Source of the DNA: Somniosus microcephalus
Lineage: Eukaryota
DNA length: 64,000 nt
Assembly (NCBI GenBank): GCA_052327205.1
Contig: CM126202.1
Span: 385,640,001 to 385,704,000 of the forward strand
Direction of reading: 5' to 3'
The notes below the pieces were generated by a model. It worked only from the letters and a program-made list of their open reading frames with translations, did not search any database and was not told the DNA's origin. A program made the translations under genes and the position numbers. Shown one piece after another: positions 23,340-34,612 of the stretch (positions within the stretch are counted from its first letter, which is position 1; each line of letters opens with the position of its first letter).

Positions 23340-24600
23340 GGAAGCAGTTTTCAATAGTGTCAACAAGCAACACCAACTCACCAATAACCTGCTCACTGAT
23401 GCTCAGTTCGTGTTTTGTCAGACCTTGTCACTTCTTTGATCCAGACATGGACACAAGAGCCGAATGCCAGAGGACAGATGAGAGTAGCTACCCTCAACAT
23501 CAAGGTAACATTCAACCGTGTATGGCACTAAGAATCCCTAATAAAACTAAGGTCAGTCAGGGTCAAGGAGAAATTCCCCAAGTGTCTCGAATTATACTCG
23601 ACACGAAGGAAGATGGTTGGCACAGGCCAATTATCACAGTCCCAGAACATTGCTGCAGGAGTTCCTTCACCCAACCATCTTCAGTTGCATCATCAATAAT
23701 CTTCCATCCATAATAAGGCCAGAAGTGGGGCTGTTGGCTGAGAATTCTAGTGTTTAGCGCCAGTCACACTTCCTCAGTAAATGAAGCAGCCCATGCCAGC
23801 CTACAGTAGGACCAGGACAGTATCTGCTGACAAGAGGCAGGTACCATTCATGCCAGGTAATGATCATCTCAAACAACAAAGGGCCCAACCACCTCTCTTG
23901 ACCTTTAATGGCACCACTGTTGACAAGTCCACCACAATCAACATCCTGGGAGTCACCAATGACCAGAATCTTAACTGGACCAAGCCCATCAACCATGTGG
24001 CTACAAAAGCAGGAAAGAGGCTAGATATAATGAGTGGTTCTTCACCTGATCCTGGATGCCTCTCCATTATCTACAAGGCTCAAGTCAGAAGTGTGATGGA
24101 ATACTCAATACTCACTAGATGGGTGTAGCTGCAATAACATTCAAGCAGCACAATACCATCCTGTACAAAGTAGCCCATTTGATCGGCATCCCCACCGCTG
24201 CGCTCAATAAACATTCCCTGCACAACCAGCACAGTGGCTACACTAAGTACGATCTACAGGATGCACTGCAACAATTTACCAAACTTACTTTGGCAGCACC
24301 ACCCAGCCCACGACATCTACCAAGAAGAGCAACAACAACCCATCATGGGAATACGATCAGTGCCAAGCTCCCCTCCAAGTAATGCACAGTCCTGACACTA
24401 TGGGAACACTATCACCAGCAAGTTCCCTGCCAAGTCACACACCATCCTGGCTTGGAACATATAATGTGGTTCCTTCATCAATGCCCAGTCAAAATCCTGG
24501 AATTCCTCACCCAACACCAACATCAGTGAGGGAGCACCAGCAGCACAAATACAATTCAGCAAATAGCGCCAACATCATCCTCAGGGCAAATAAAATCAAG
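23340..24600 (+). mobile_element. Old L2/CR1-group LINE 3' half (same family as 480-2277)
   Basis: TINILGVTNDQNLNWT and IYKAQVRSVMEYS. Confidence 0.8.
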
Positions 24601-25128
24601 TTTTGCCCAAGTCTCGAGAACAAGTTAATATAAAACTTATTATTCACTGAATTTATGGGTTTTTACCCAAGCCATTCCTAGATTAATGTGTATGGGAACT
24701 TAAAATGTCAGGAGACAGTCTCATAAAACTAAAAATTCACAAACCATTTAAAAAAGACTCAGTGCCCACTTTGAGACAGCAGAATGGAGAAGCATCAGCA
24801 ACAGCTGTTTTAGCCAAATAGGATTTGGAAGTGGCACCACACATCCACTTAACCAGAATTCCAAGATGATCCAACACTTATCTGAATATTTCTTGTGAGT
24901 TTAGACCAATTAAGAGTCCTGCTTTGCCTGGAACACTTAATGCTACAAAAAGAACTAATGTTCAGCCAAATTACCATGAGAATTTGACATCTGTTTCAAA
25001 TACCAAACAAGGCAAAAGTCTAAACTGCTCAGATCGGGAAGTAGTAAAATGCTTTTGCCTCATGTCCACTTGAATCTTCTGATTTACAGAAGCAACAATT
25101 TACTTGTGCTCAAACCAATGGCACTCAC

Positions 25129-25237
25129 CAAAACTAAATCCATTAAATGTTAAGAGAACATTTACTGAAGTGAATTTGCAGCAATCATTTCTTAATTTAT
25201 CTGGACTCTCAGTCCAGATTACAGATTAAACTTCACA
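25129..25237 (-). other. Candidate internal (5'-UTR-like) exon of the minus-strand host transcript
   Basis: Acceptor GTTTCTTTACCCAG and donor TTG|GTGAGT. Stops in all three frames; ends with ATG GAT TTA GTT TTG. Confidence 0.35.
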
Positions 25238-26242
25238 CTGGGTAAAGAAACCAAAACAATTTTAGTATCACAACAGGCTAAGTAAGGACCAGGCAGTAGC
25301 AACCCAACAAACAATACCATGATGTAGCAGGATACGTATGGTTGAGTTACAACACAGCAAGTTCCCACCTTGTTTGTATGGTATAGGAAAATAAACTGAA
25401 TAGGGGCAGCACCATTTTTAATTAACCAATAGAGATGACACCAGTGCCACAACCACAATCGTTGTGGCAAGTGACCTAGGAATGGGGGTGAGGCAATGCC
25501 CCACAGAAAGACTGAATTTTAAAAATGGCTAAAGGTCAAGCTCCCTGGGTGTTGGTAAAGACCTGGAGCAGAGTGATCATCCTACCTACAAGGGCAGTCT
25601 ATTTGCTGTAAAATAAGAAACTTTAAAAAAAGATAGGAAAATACATTTCAAGAATGCAAAAGAAATTTGATATACACAAACAAAACAATTTTAGGAATTT
25701 GATTATATAACTATATAAACCATCTGATTAACCCACTTTTGTTTTTGCCCACCTTTGGGATGTTAAAGTACCAATTTTAGTGTTCTATATCGATTTTGAG
25801 AATTTAAAAAGAGTGTTTTTGTAGCATTTCTTTTACATACTCAGACAGGAGACTGGCTGGAGTATAATTTTATATCCGGAAAAAGGTTTGGAACACACCT
25901 GTATGGCCTAGTCTCTATTGTTCAAAAACACTTTTAAAGATTTTAAAAATCCAAACATTTCGAAGATTGGCAAGAAATTATTCTTCAAATTATATGACCA
26001 ACAAGAATGGTTATTAAAAAGCACCAACATAAGTATCCGTTTGAGAAATAATAATTTTGCAGAGAATTATAAACACAACTGAATGTCAAATAATGTAAAC
26101 TTTACTGTCTCCTTCATTCTCTTCCAATTTTACTTTATAAGATTCAGTATTAGGAGTTTGTGGAACATTTATTCTGTCGCTACCTTAAAGTTACAACGAT
26201 TATAACAGGAGCACTCAAAAAAGCCATGTCCACTTGTCGCTG

Positions 26243-26325
26243 TTCTGAGAAAAGGTCAGAAACATTAACTAGTTTTTCGGTCCACAGATGCTGCCGGACT
26301 TGCTGAGCATTTCCTGTTTTTATTC
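26243..26325 (+). mobile_element. Penelope-like terminal remnant
   Basis: GAAACATTAACT..CAGATGCTGCCGGACTTGCTGAGCATTTCC resembles 44683-44750. Confidence 0.55.
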
Positions 26326-26799
26326 CACTTGTATCTGTGCTAGTACATTACACCGAATTAAAGCCCATCTTTAAATTTACAAGAATTTTTTTTTTTTTTT
26401 TAAATCTTCAAACCCTGACTAACGCAATAACCCATAGCAACAACAATACGCTGATTCACGGAACGGGGGACCAGCCGGACCACCCGGCTCCAGCTATCTA
26501 CAAACACTCTCCGGCAGGAGGCGCTTGGTGTTACAACCAGGCACGATGTGGACTCAAAACAATTAAATACTAGTCAATTCGTTTCACATTTGAAAAAAAA
26601 CAGGAGTATGCACAGGGAGTGTGTGTGGGGGAGGGGTAAAGTATTGTACATTAACAGCTATACATATTCAACAATCAAAAATGGGAAGCTCGCCATTTGC
26701 TGCACAAGAAAATAAAGCATCTGAAGTGAACGGATTACAATGAAATGAAAGACACACAGTCATAATTGCAATCACTGGTTTAACTCTTAAAACACTCAC

Positions 26800-26900
26800 C
26801 ATTCGCTGAGCGCTCCTCGCCGCTTCGACTGCCGACCTTATCGACGGTTCCGCGTTTCCATGCAGTTAAACGACAAGGTGCTGTGGCAGGACAAGATGGG
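26800..26900 (-). other. Probable first exon of an unidentified minus-strand gene
   Basis: CpG-rich unique sequence ending ..GCGAATG|GTGAGT (consensus donor) next to promoter motifs. The 5' boundary is approximate. Confidence 0.55.
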
Positions 26901-27056
26901 CCGCACTCCAACCCCGATCATGTGATTGGGCCGAAGGGAGGAGGTTACCAGCGCAGCACACCTCGCCGCTCAGACTACGCAAGCGCAGCGCTATCGGGGG
27001 TTGTCTGGTTACCGTGGAGACGATCGGGAGGAGGAACCGGTACCGCCCACCCGGAC
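26885..27056. promoter_or_regulatory. CpG-rich, probably bidirectional promoter
   Basis: YY1-like CAAGATGG, CCAAT box (GATTGG), ACTAC..GCGC motif and RFX X-box-like GTTACCGTGGAGAC (27008-27021). Divergent exons with donors on both sides. Confidence 0.6.
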
Positions 27057-27164
27057 ATGTTTTCAGTGGACGCAGAGCTCGAGCGGATGGTTCCTGTCTT
27101 GTTGATCTTCATTATATTGATTTTATTCGTACTCAGTAATTTTTTCTTGTTATACATGATTCCG
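27057..27164 (+). CDS. Candidate first coding exon of a small single-pass membrane protein (MFSVDAELERMVPVLLIFIILILFVLSNFFLLYMIP)
   Basis: ATG with a purine at -3, hydrophobic run of about 23 aa, phase-0 donor CCG|GTAAAT, and in-frame acceptor TTTCCTCTCAG at 27258. Confidence 0.4.
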
Positions 27165-28869
27165 GTAAATATATACAACCGCTCGCCTCTGACTGTGCGA
27201 AGGGGGACGTGAAAAAGAAAGAGGAAATCGGATTTCACTTCGTTTTATTTCCTCTCAGGTGAGGACTAATCTCCTTGAAGGGATTTTTGCTTATAAACGC
27301 GTGTGCGATCCCACAAAAGGGGTTAAACACCGGAATGCCTGGACTTCGCCTTTTTTCCTGACATTTGCGTGCGCCCCCGAGTTTGCGAAATGGCACCCTT
27401 TTAAACAAACACCTCAACCCGTCACACAGATTACTGATGGAGGGATTCGTACAAATTGTGTGAAATAAAGCCAGAACTCACGAAGATTTGAATTAGGGTT
27501 CCTCCCTGGTCGTATTGCCAAGTTTTTTTTTTAAAAGGTTAATTTTACTCACGAGGTTATTCGTTTAAGAGTTTTTTTTTTAAATAAGTTTAAACTTTAT
27601 CCTTCGAATGCTACAAGCAACAGAATCAAAAAATATTTATAGATTTTCAGATTTCTGCGATAACGCATAACAAGATTAACGTCTAGAATATAGAGAAATA
27701 TCCGTTTTATAGGGGTTATGTAAAAAACAATGCTCAGTTGTGGAAACAAAGTGCCAGAAACTCAACTGGTTGAAGTAAAATGAAACGTATCAATTGGAGT
27801 TGAAACAGAAATAACAGCTTGTGTGTGTTGATGCCATGTTTTCCGGTCTTGCAGTGTCGGATAATTAAATCAGATACTCTTAAAATGACTTTTCAGTTAA
27901 CGACAGGAATGACAAATATGGTAATAATATTAGCAATTTAGAATGGAAAGGGCTTACTGGGTCAAATATGTATCAACAAGCGGAAGTATAGTATTTTGCT
28001 ACTGTATTAGCGGAAGTATAGACTTAAGTTTCCTGAATATTTCAGGTTCACGCGTCATAGACTATACGGAAAGTTTTACCTTTTTATTAGAATAAAATAA
28101 AACGCTTCTAAAATATGCATCAGTGACTGTACATAGACTCTTCAACGTTACCATCCTTTTATTCAAACAAAATCATGAAAACCATCCTAGCCAGTCTACT
28201 TAATAATTGCTGTGGCAGTGTTGCAGTTTGATTTGTCCATCACTAATTCACTTCCCAGAAAATCAGCGAAAGATTGAGATTTGTTAATCGGCATACAAGT
28301 TCACAAAATACTAAAGTAAACTAGTTATTAAGTCGTGTAGACAGGGTTGCCATATTTTGACAAGTCGAAAATCAAAATGTTGAAAGGAAGGAAGGTGGGA
28401 TTTGTGGTTGGAATACTATTTTTGTTTTTCAAAAAATATTTTAAAACCTTAATTACTAATACCTCAATTATAATACAGAAATAAGTGTAAGAAAATGTAC
28501 TTTGTGTCTGGTTTACATATTAAGAATTTTTAAAAGGAGTTACTCTAAAGGCAAACGGACCATTATAAGTCAGGTGATAATTTTATTTATAAATCATTAA
28601 AAGAAAGCCTGTGTGGTTTGGGTTACTTTGTTCCACACAAGTGAAATACCTCAAAGGTGCACTCCAATCGCTGAGCTGAAAACAGACAGAATTTTCCACA
28701 ATCCACTATGGCAGGTTTCCAAACTTAGGGCTAACTATATTGGTATTTATTACACACGTCAGTAACAAACTGAATCTTATATAACCAGTAATGTTACAAG
28801 TAGCAAGTGATAGAAACCTCATTAGAAATATTTCTACCCTTAAATCCTATTTTCAGAAAAAACGCATCT

Positions 28870-30021
28870 TCATGTAGAGGCAGAGGACATGGCTAAATTA
28901 TTAAATGAGTAACAAAGGAAGTGGGTGCTGTAAAGGTTACACTAAAAGAGAGGGAAGTTATGGACAGAATAGTAATATATAGAGATGTACTAAAAAGATT
29001 AGCATTACTGGTCCAGATGGAATGTATCCTTGGTTGCTGAAAGAAGCAAAGGTAGAAATAACAGGCATTGGTCACAATCTTTCAATCCTCATTGGATACA
29101 GGAGTAATGCCAGAGGACTGGAGTGTTGCTAATGTTATACCACTATTCAAGAAAGAGAAGGATAAACCAGGAAACTGCAGGCTAGCCAGTTTTGGGTCCA
29201 TTACTCTTGCAATTTTTATAAACGACCTAGACTCAGATGTACGGAGCAGCATTATAAAGTTTGCAGATGATACGAAACTTGGCAAAGTACAGTAGTAGTG
29301 ATGAGGATAGTTATAGGCTTCAGGATGACATAGACAGGATGGTGACATGGGCAGAAGCCTGGCAGATGGAGTTCAATAGGGAGAAGTGTGAAGTGATGCA
29401 TTTTGGGAGAAGTAATATGGAAAGGCAGTATAGTATAAATAGCACGATTTTTAAAAGTGAAGATGACCAGAGAGACTTGATGTCCATATACACAAATATT
29501 TAAAGGTGGCAGGATAAGTTGATGTGGTTAATGTTATGTTCATTAATAAATAGACACTTATTATGAACACAGTTAGCTTTTGCTAGTTACTTTATTGAAC
29601 ACATGTGGACTTGTACAGCATCTTGTAGATGCTTCCATGTGTGCTCCTGTGTGCAGGCTGCCATCTTGACTGTTGCCTTGTGGGTAGCCTAGTGCCTCAT
29701 GGGTAATGTAGTCTTAATATCATACAGCTGGGTAGTGTAGTCTTAGACATACAGCTATATACAGCTCCACCTAGTGTCCACTATAGAATGACATGCTATT
29801 GATCACTACAGTTAAAAAAGCATTTGGGTTTATAAATAGAGAAATAGAATATAAAAGTAAAGAGATCATGCTAGAAGTTTGCAAATCACTGGTTAGGCCT
29901 CAGCTGGAGTTTAGTGGGCAATTCTGTGCACCACACTAAAGGAAAAATGTACAGGCCTTAGCGAGTACAGAGGAGGTTTACCAGGATGTTACATGGGATG
30001 AGGGACTTCAGTTATGAGCAG
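28870..30021 (+). mobile_element. Old CR1 fragment, interrupted by a solo LTR and a younger CR1; resumes at 33015-33425
   Basis: FINDLD..IKFADDTKLG. TATGAGCAG (30021) rejoins AGGTTGGAAAAG (33018) to read YEQRLEKLGLFSLEQR. Confidence 0.85.
29532..29810 (-). mobile_element. Solo LTR (279 bp)
   Basis: TG..CA termini and 5-bp TSD GTTAA (29527-29531 and 29811-29815). It interrupts CR1 coding sequence. Orientation is inferred from the minus-strand AATAAA. Confidence 0.8.
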
Positions 30022-33014
30022 TGTCATAACGGCGCAGAAGGAGGCCTTTCGGCCCATCGAGTCCATGCCGGCTCTCTGCAGAGCAATCCAGTCAGTCCCA
30101 TTCCCCCGCTCTATCCCCGTAGCCCTGCAAGTTTATTTCCCTCAAGTGCCTATCCAGTCTCCCCTTGAAAATATTGAATATCTCCGCTCCCACCACTTCC
30201 GTCGGCAACGAGTTCCAGGTCCTCACCACTCGCTGCGTTAAAAAGTTTTTCTTCACATCCCCCCGTATCTCTTGCCCAAAACCTTAAATCTGTGTCCCTT
30301 AGTCCTTGTACCATCAACTAGTGCGAACAGCCTTCCCCATTGAGCCTATCCAAACCCGTCATAATCTTCTACACCTCCATCAAATCACCCCTCAACCTCT
30401 TTTGCTCTAATGAAAACAATTCCAGCTTCTCCAACCTGTCCTTGTAGCTAAGATCCCCCATTCCCAGAAATATTCTGGTAAATCTCCTCTGCACCCTCTC
30501 AAGGGCCTTCACATCCTTCCTAAAGTATGGTGACCAGAACTGGATGCAATACTCCAGTTGTGGCCTAACCAGTGTTTATAAAGATTCAGCATAACTTCTC
30601 TACTTTTGTACTCAATACTTCTATTTATGAAACCCAAGATCCCATATGCTTTGCTAACTACTCTCTCAATATGTCCCGCCACATTCAGGAACCTATGCAC
30701 ATTACTCCCATGTCCAGCTGTCCCTGCACGCTTTTTAAAACTGTGCCATTAAGTGTATATTGCCTCTCCCTGTTCCTTTTGCCAAAATGCATCACCTCAC
30801 ACTTCTCTGTATTAAATTCCATCTGCCACTTGTCTGCCCATTCTGCTAGCCTTTCTTTTGTCCTGTTGCAGTTGACGGTATCATCCTCACTGTTTGCCAC
30901 AACCCCAAGTTTGGTGTCATTGGCCAATTTAGAGATTCTACTCCGTATTCCAATATCCAGGTGTTAAAATATATATATATAAAAAGCAGTGGCCCCAGCA
31001 CTAACCCTTGGGGAACACCACTGTCTACCATCCTCCAGCCTGAAAAACAGCCATTTACCACAACTCACTGTTTTCTGTCCTTAAGCCAATTCCTTATCCA
31101 AGCTGCCACTGACCCACCTATTCCATGAGCCTCGATTTTGTTAACCAGCCTTCTATGTGGTACTTTGTCAAACACCTTCCTAAAATCCATGTAGACAACA
31201 TCCATTGCATTCCCTTCATCGATCCTCCCTGTTACTTCATCAAAAAATTCAATTAGATTAGTCAAACATGATCTGCCTTTTACAAATCCATGTTGGCTCT
31301 CCTTAATTAGCTTAAACCTCTCCAAGTGCCCGTTAATTGTTTCTAAAACTTCACCCACCACTGATGTTAAACTGACTGGCCTGTAGTTACTAGGATTGTC
31401 CTTGCACCCTTGAACAATGGTGTCACATTTGCCACTTTCCAATCCTCAGGCACCTCCCCCATATCTAGGGAAGATTGGAAAATTATGGCAAGCCCTCCCA
31501 CTATCTCCTCCCTCAATTCCCTTAGCAATCTGGGATGCAAGCCATCTGGACCAGGCGACTTATCCACTCTAAGCATACCCAGCCTTTCTAGTACATCCTG
31601 TCTATCAATTTTCACCCCTTCCATTGCTTCTACCTTTTCCACTTCTACTGATATTTTGTCAGCATCCACCTCCTTAGTAAACACAGATACAAAGTACTCA
31701 TTGAGTATTCTAGCCTTGCCCTGCGCTTCTAAGCATATAACACCTTCTTTGTCGCTAATAGGCCCCACCCTGCCTCTTACTACCCGCTTACTGTTTACAT
31801 GCCGGTAGAAAATTTTGGGGTTTCCTTTTATGTTAACCGCCATTCTACTCTCATATATTCTCTCTCTGCCAATTTTATTTTCATCTTCACTTCCCCTCTC
31901 AACTTATTGTATTTGGTCTGGTTCTCCCTTGAAGAATTCACCTGACATGCATCATACACCCTTTTTTTTTGTTTCATCATCTTCTCTATCTCCCTTGTCA
32001 TCCAAGGAGCCCTTGCTTTGGTTCCCTTACCCTTCCCTCTTGTTGGAATGTACCTAGCCTGCACTTGGAACATCTCCTCCTTAAAGATCACCCATTGTTC
32101 TGTTAGAGTTTTTCCTGTCAGTCTTCATTTTACCCTGGCTAGATCCTTTCGCATCCCATTGAAGTTAGCCCTATTCCAGTTTAGAAGTTCCACTCTAGAT
32201 TGTTCCTTGCTCCTCTTCATTGCTAATCTAAATCTTATAATACGATGATCACTCGTACCCAAGTGTTCTTCCACAGACACTTGGTCAACCTGGCCCACCT
32301 CATTCCACAGCACCAGATCCAGCAATGCCTCCTTCCTAGTTGGGCCAAGAACATACTGGTCAAGTAAATTCTCCTGAACACATTTCAGAAATTCCTCCAC
32401 GCCCTTTCGCATTACCCTAGCATTATCCCAATCGATATTTGGGTAATTAAAGTCCCCCAATATCACCACTCTATAGCTCTTGCATATCGCTGCGATTTCC
32501 CTGTAGATTTGCTCCTCTACCTCCCTCACTATTTGGAGGCCTATAGAATACCCCCAATAGCGTGATCATACCCTTTTTGCTCCTCAACTCTAACCAAATG
32601 GATTCTGTACTTGTCCCCTCAAGAACATCCTCCCTTTCCAACATCACAATGTCTTCCTTAATCAGCACAGCCACCCACCTCCCTTTTTTCCTTCCCTATC
32701 TTTTCTGAACACCTTGTACCCTTGAATATTAAGTGCCCAGTCCTCAACGTTTTTAAGCCACGTTTCCGTTATTGCCACATCATATTGCCCCACGGCTATT
32801 TGTGCTTGTAGCTCACCAACCTTATTCACCACACTTTGTGCGTTTACGTACATGCATTCTAAACCCATTTTTGAATTTTTCGTAGTCTTTTTTAGTCTCT
32901 TATCTAATGTGGTACTACTTCCGCCTCTAGTACTACTTCATTCTCTAGTACTATCCAACACACTCACTCTTTCATGCACCTTATTCCTCTTTTCTACTCC
33001 TATATGCTGGTGCC
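30022..33014 (-). mobile_element. CR1 LINE (degenerate ORF2 + 3' UTR) nested in an older CR1
   Basis: YVNAQS, ITETWL, GVFYRPP, LGDFN, YRPVSLTS and DFRKVFDKV across frameshifts. Confidence 0.92.
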
Positions 33015-33425
33015 CAGAGGTTGGAAAAGTTAGGACTGTTCTCCTTGGAACAGAGGTTGAGAGGTGACCTAATGGAGGTTTACAAGATGATGAGAGGTTT
33101 TGATAGAGTAGATATAGAAAAATTATTCCCTCTGGCAAGTGGGTCAATAACCAGAGGCCATAGATTCAAAATCATTGGCAAAAGATCTAGAGGGGAGATG
33201 AGAATTTTTTTTCACTCAGTTGTCAGAAACTGCAATGCTCTACCTGAAAAGGTGGTGGAAGCAGATTCCAGAAATCATTTTAAAAGGGAGTTGGACAGGT
33301 CGTTGAGGATGAGGAACTTCCAGGGTTACGGACAAAAAGCGGGGATGTGGGACTTGGCACAACTGCTCTTTTAGATCCAGCACAGGCACGACAGGCCTCC
33401 TGTGCTGTAAGTATCTAGGATTCTA
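33015..33425 (+). mobile_element. 3' end of the older CR1
   Basis: LGLFSLEQRLRGDLMEVYK..GYGQKAG plus 3' UTR. Confidence 0.85.
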
Positions 33426-33719
33426 TACAATAATATCCCAGTGTACAAGGATTTTAAAAAAAAACATTTTAAATGAGCCTCTATGCAAATGAATAACAAT
33501 GTTTAGAAGTAGCCTCAATCTCACATCAGAGTGTATCATGCTAGGTGGACTACATTCCAAAATAATATTCAACCTAAACCATTTGGGAGAGGGTAGAATA
33601 AAATAGAATGCACCTCAGTTGACTCCATGTAGTCCAATAGTCAGATACCCCTGTATTAAAAAGGTTCTATTCTGAATTAAGATTTCTATTTCCTTTTAGT
33701 TAAAAAGAAAAATATAACA

Positions 33720-34142
33720 AATGAATTTATATTTATATAGTGTTTTTCATCCTCAGGACATTTCAAAATGTTTCACAGCAAATTACTTTCCTTTTTTGAA
33801 GTTATCGAGGCAAATGTGGAAGCCAATTTGTGCACAGCAAGGTAGGCCTCACAAATAGCAAATGAGTAACTAACCAGATAATCTGTTTTGGTGATGTTGG
33901 TTGAAGGATAAATGCTGGCCAGGATACTGTGAAAACTCCCTACTCTTTGTCAAAAAAGTGTCATGGATCTTTTACATCCATCTGAACAGTCAGACAGGAC
34001 CTCAGTTTAATGTCTCATTCAAAAGATGGCCCCTCCCTCAATGCTGCATTGAAATCTCATCTTAGATTATGTGCTTGAGTCATGTAGTGGGGCTTGAATC
34101 CATAGCTTTATGCAAGAGTGCTACAACTGAGCCAAGCTAACA
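33720..34142 (-). mobile_element. DeuSINE / SacSINE1-like SINE, decayed
   Basis: Reverse-complement similarity to 12700-13097 (CATGGATCTTTTACATCCA, TTGTGCACAGCAAG). Confidence 0.7.
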
Positions 34143-34269
34143 CTTTAGTAAGGATAAGGTTTTACTTCTAGGAATGTTTGCATGGTAACAAGAACCCCCT
34201 AACATCCTTTACATTTTCATTCTTTTCCTATCCTCCATTCCTAAAGTATTGATTTCGCACTAGAATACT

Positions 34270-34612
34270 GTTCCACGGGAACCTTTCAGTACACAGGAAC
34301 CTTTCAATACTTGCGCAAGTGGCTATTATTCAGGTGAGCCTCGATAGTGAGTGCCAGTAGGCTATTTATCTGCATGAGCATCAAACACATCAAATCCTGC
34401 CCCCGCCCATGCCCATAAACTTGCACTTCCAGTAACGCTCCCTGGATAGTGATCAGGAGTGTGAATTCTGGGTCAGTTTTTGCAAAGATGGTGAGGGCAG
34501 TTAGGGGTGCGGAGGGCAATTGTAGAACTCCTACTGCCACTCCAGCTGAGATCAGCCAACAGTACCAACGAGGATCAAACCTAGGACCTTACCAGTCAGT
34601 ATGACTCAGCTA
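34270..34612 (-). mobile_element. Old tRNA-derived SINE; probable related copy at about 36180-36430 (+)
   Basis: B-box-like GGTTTGATCC head on the minus strand, with the same motif at 36238 on the plus strand. Confidence 0.4.
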
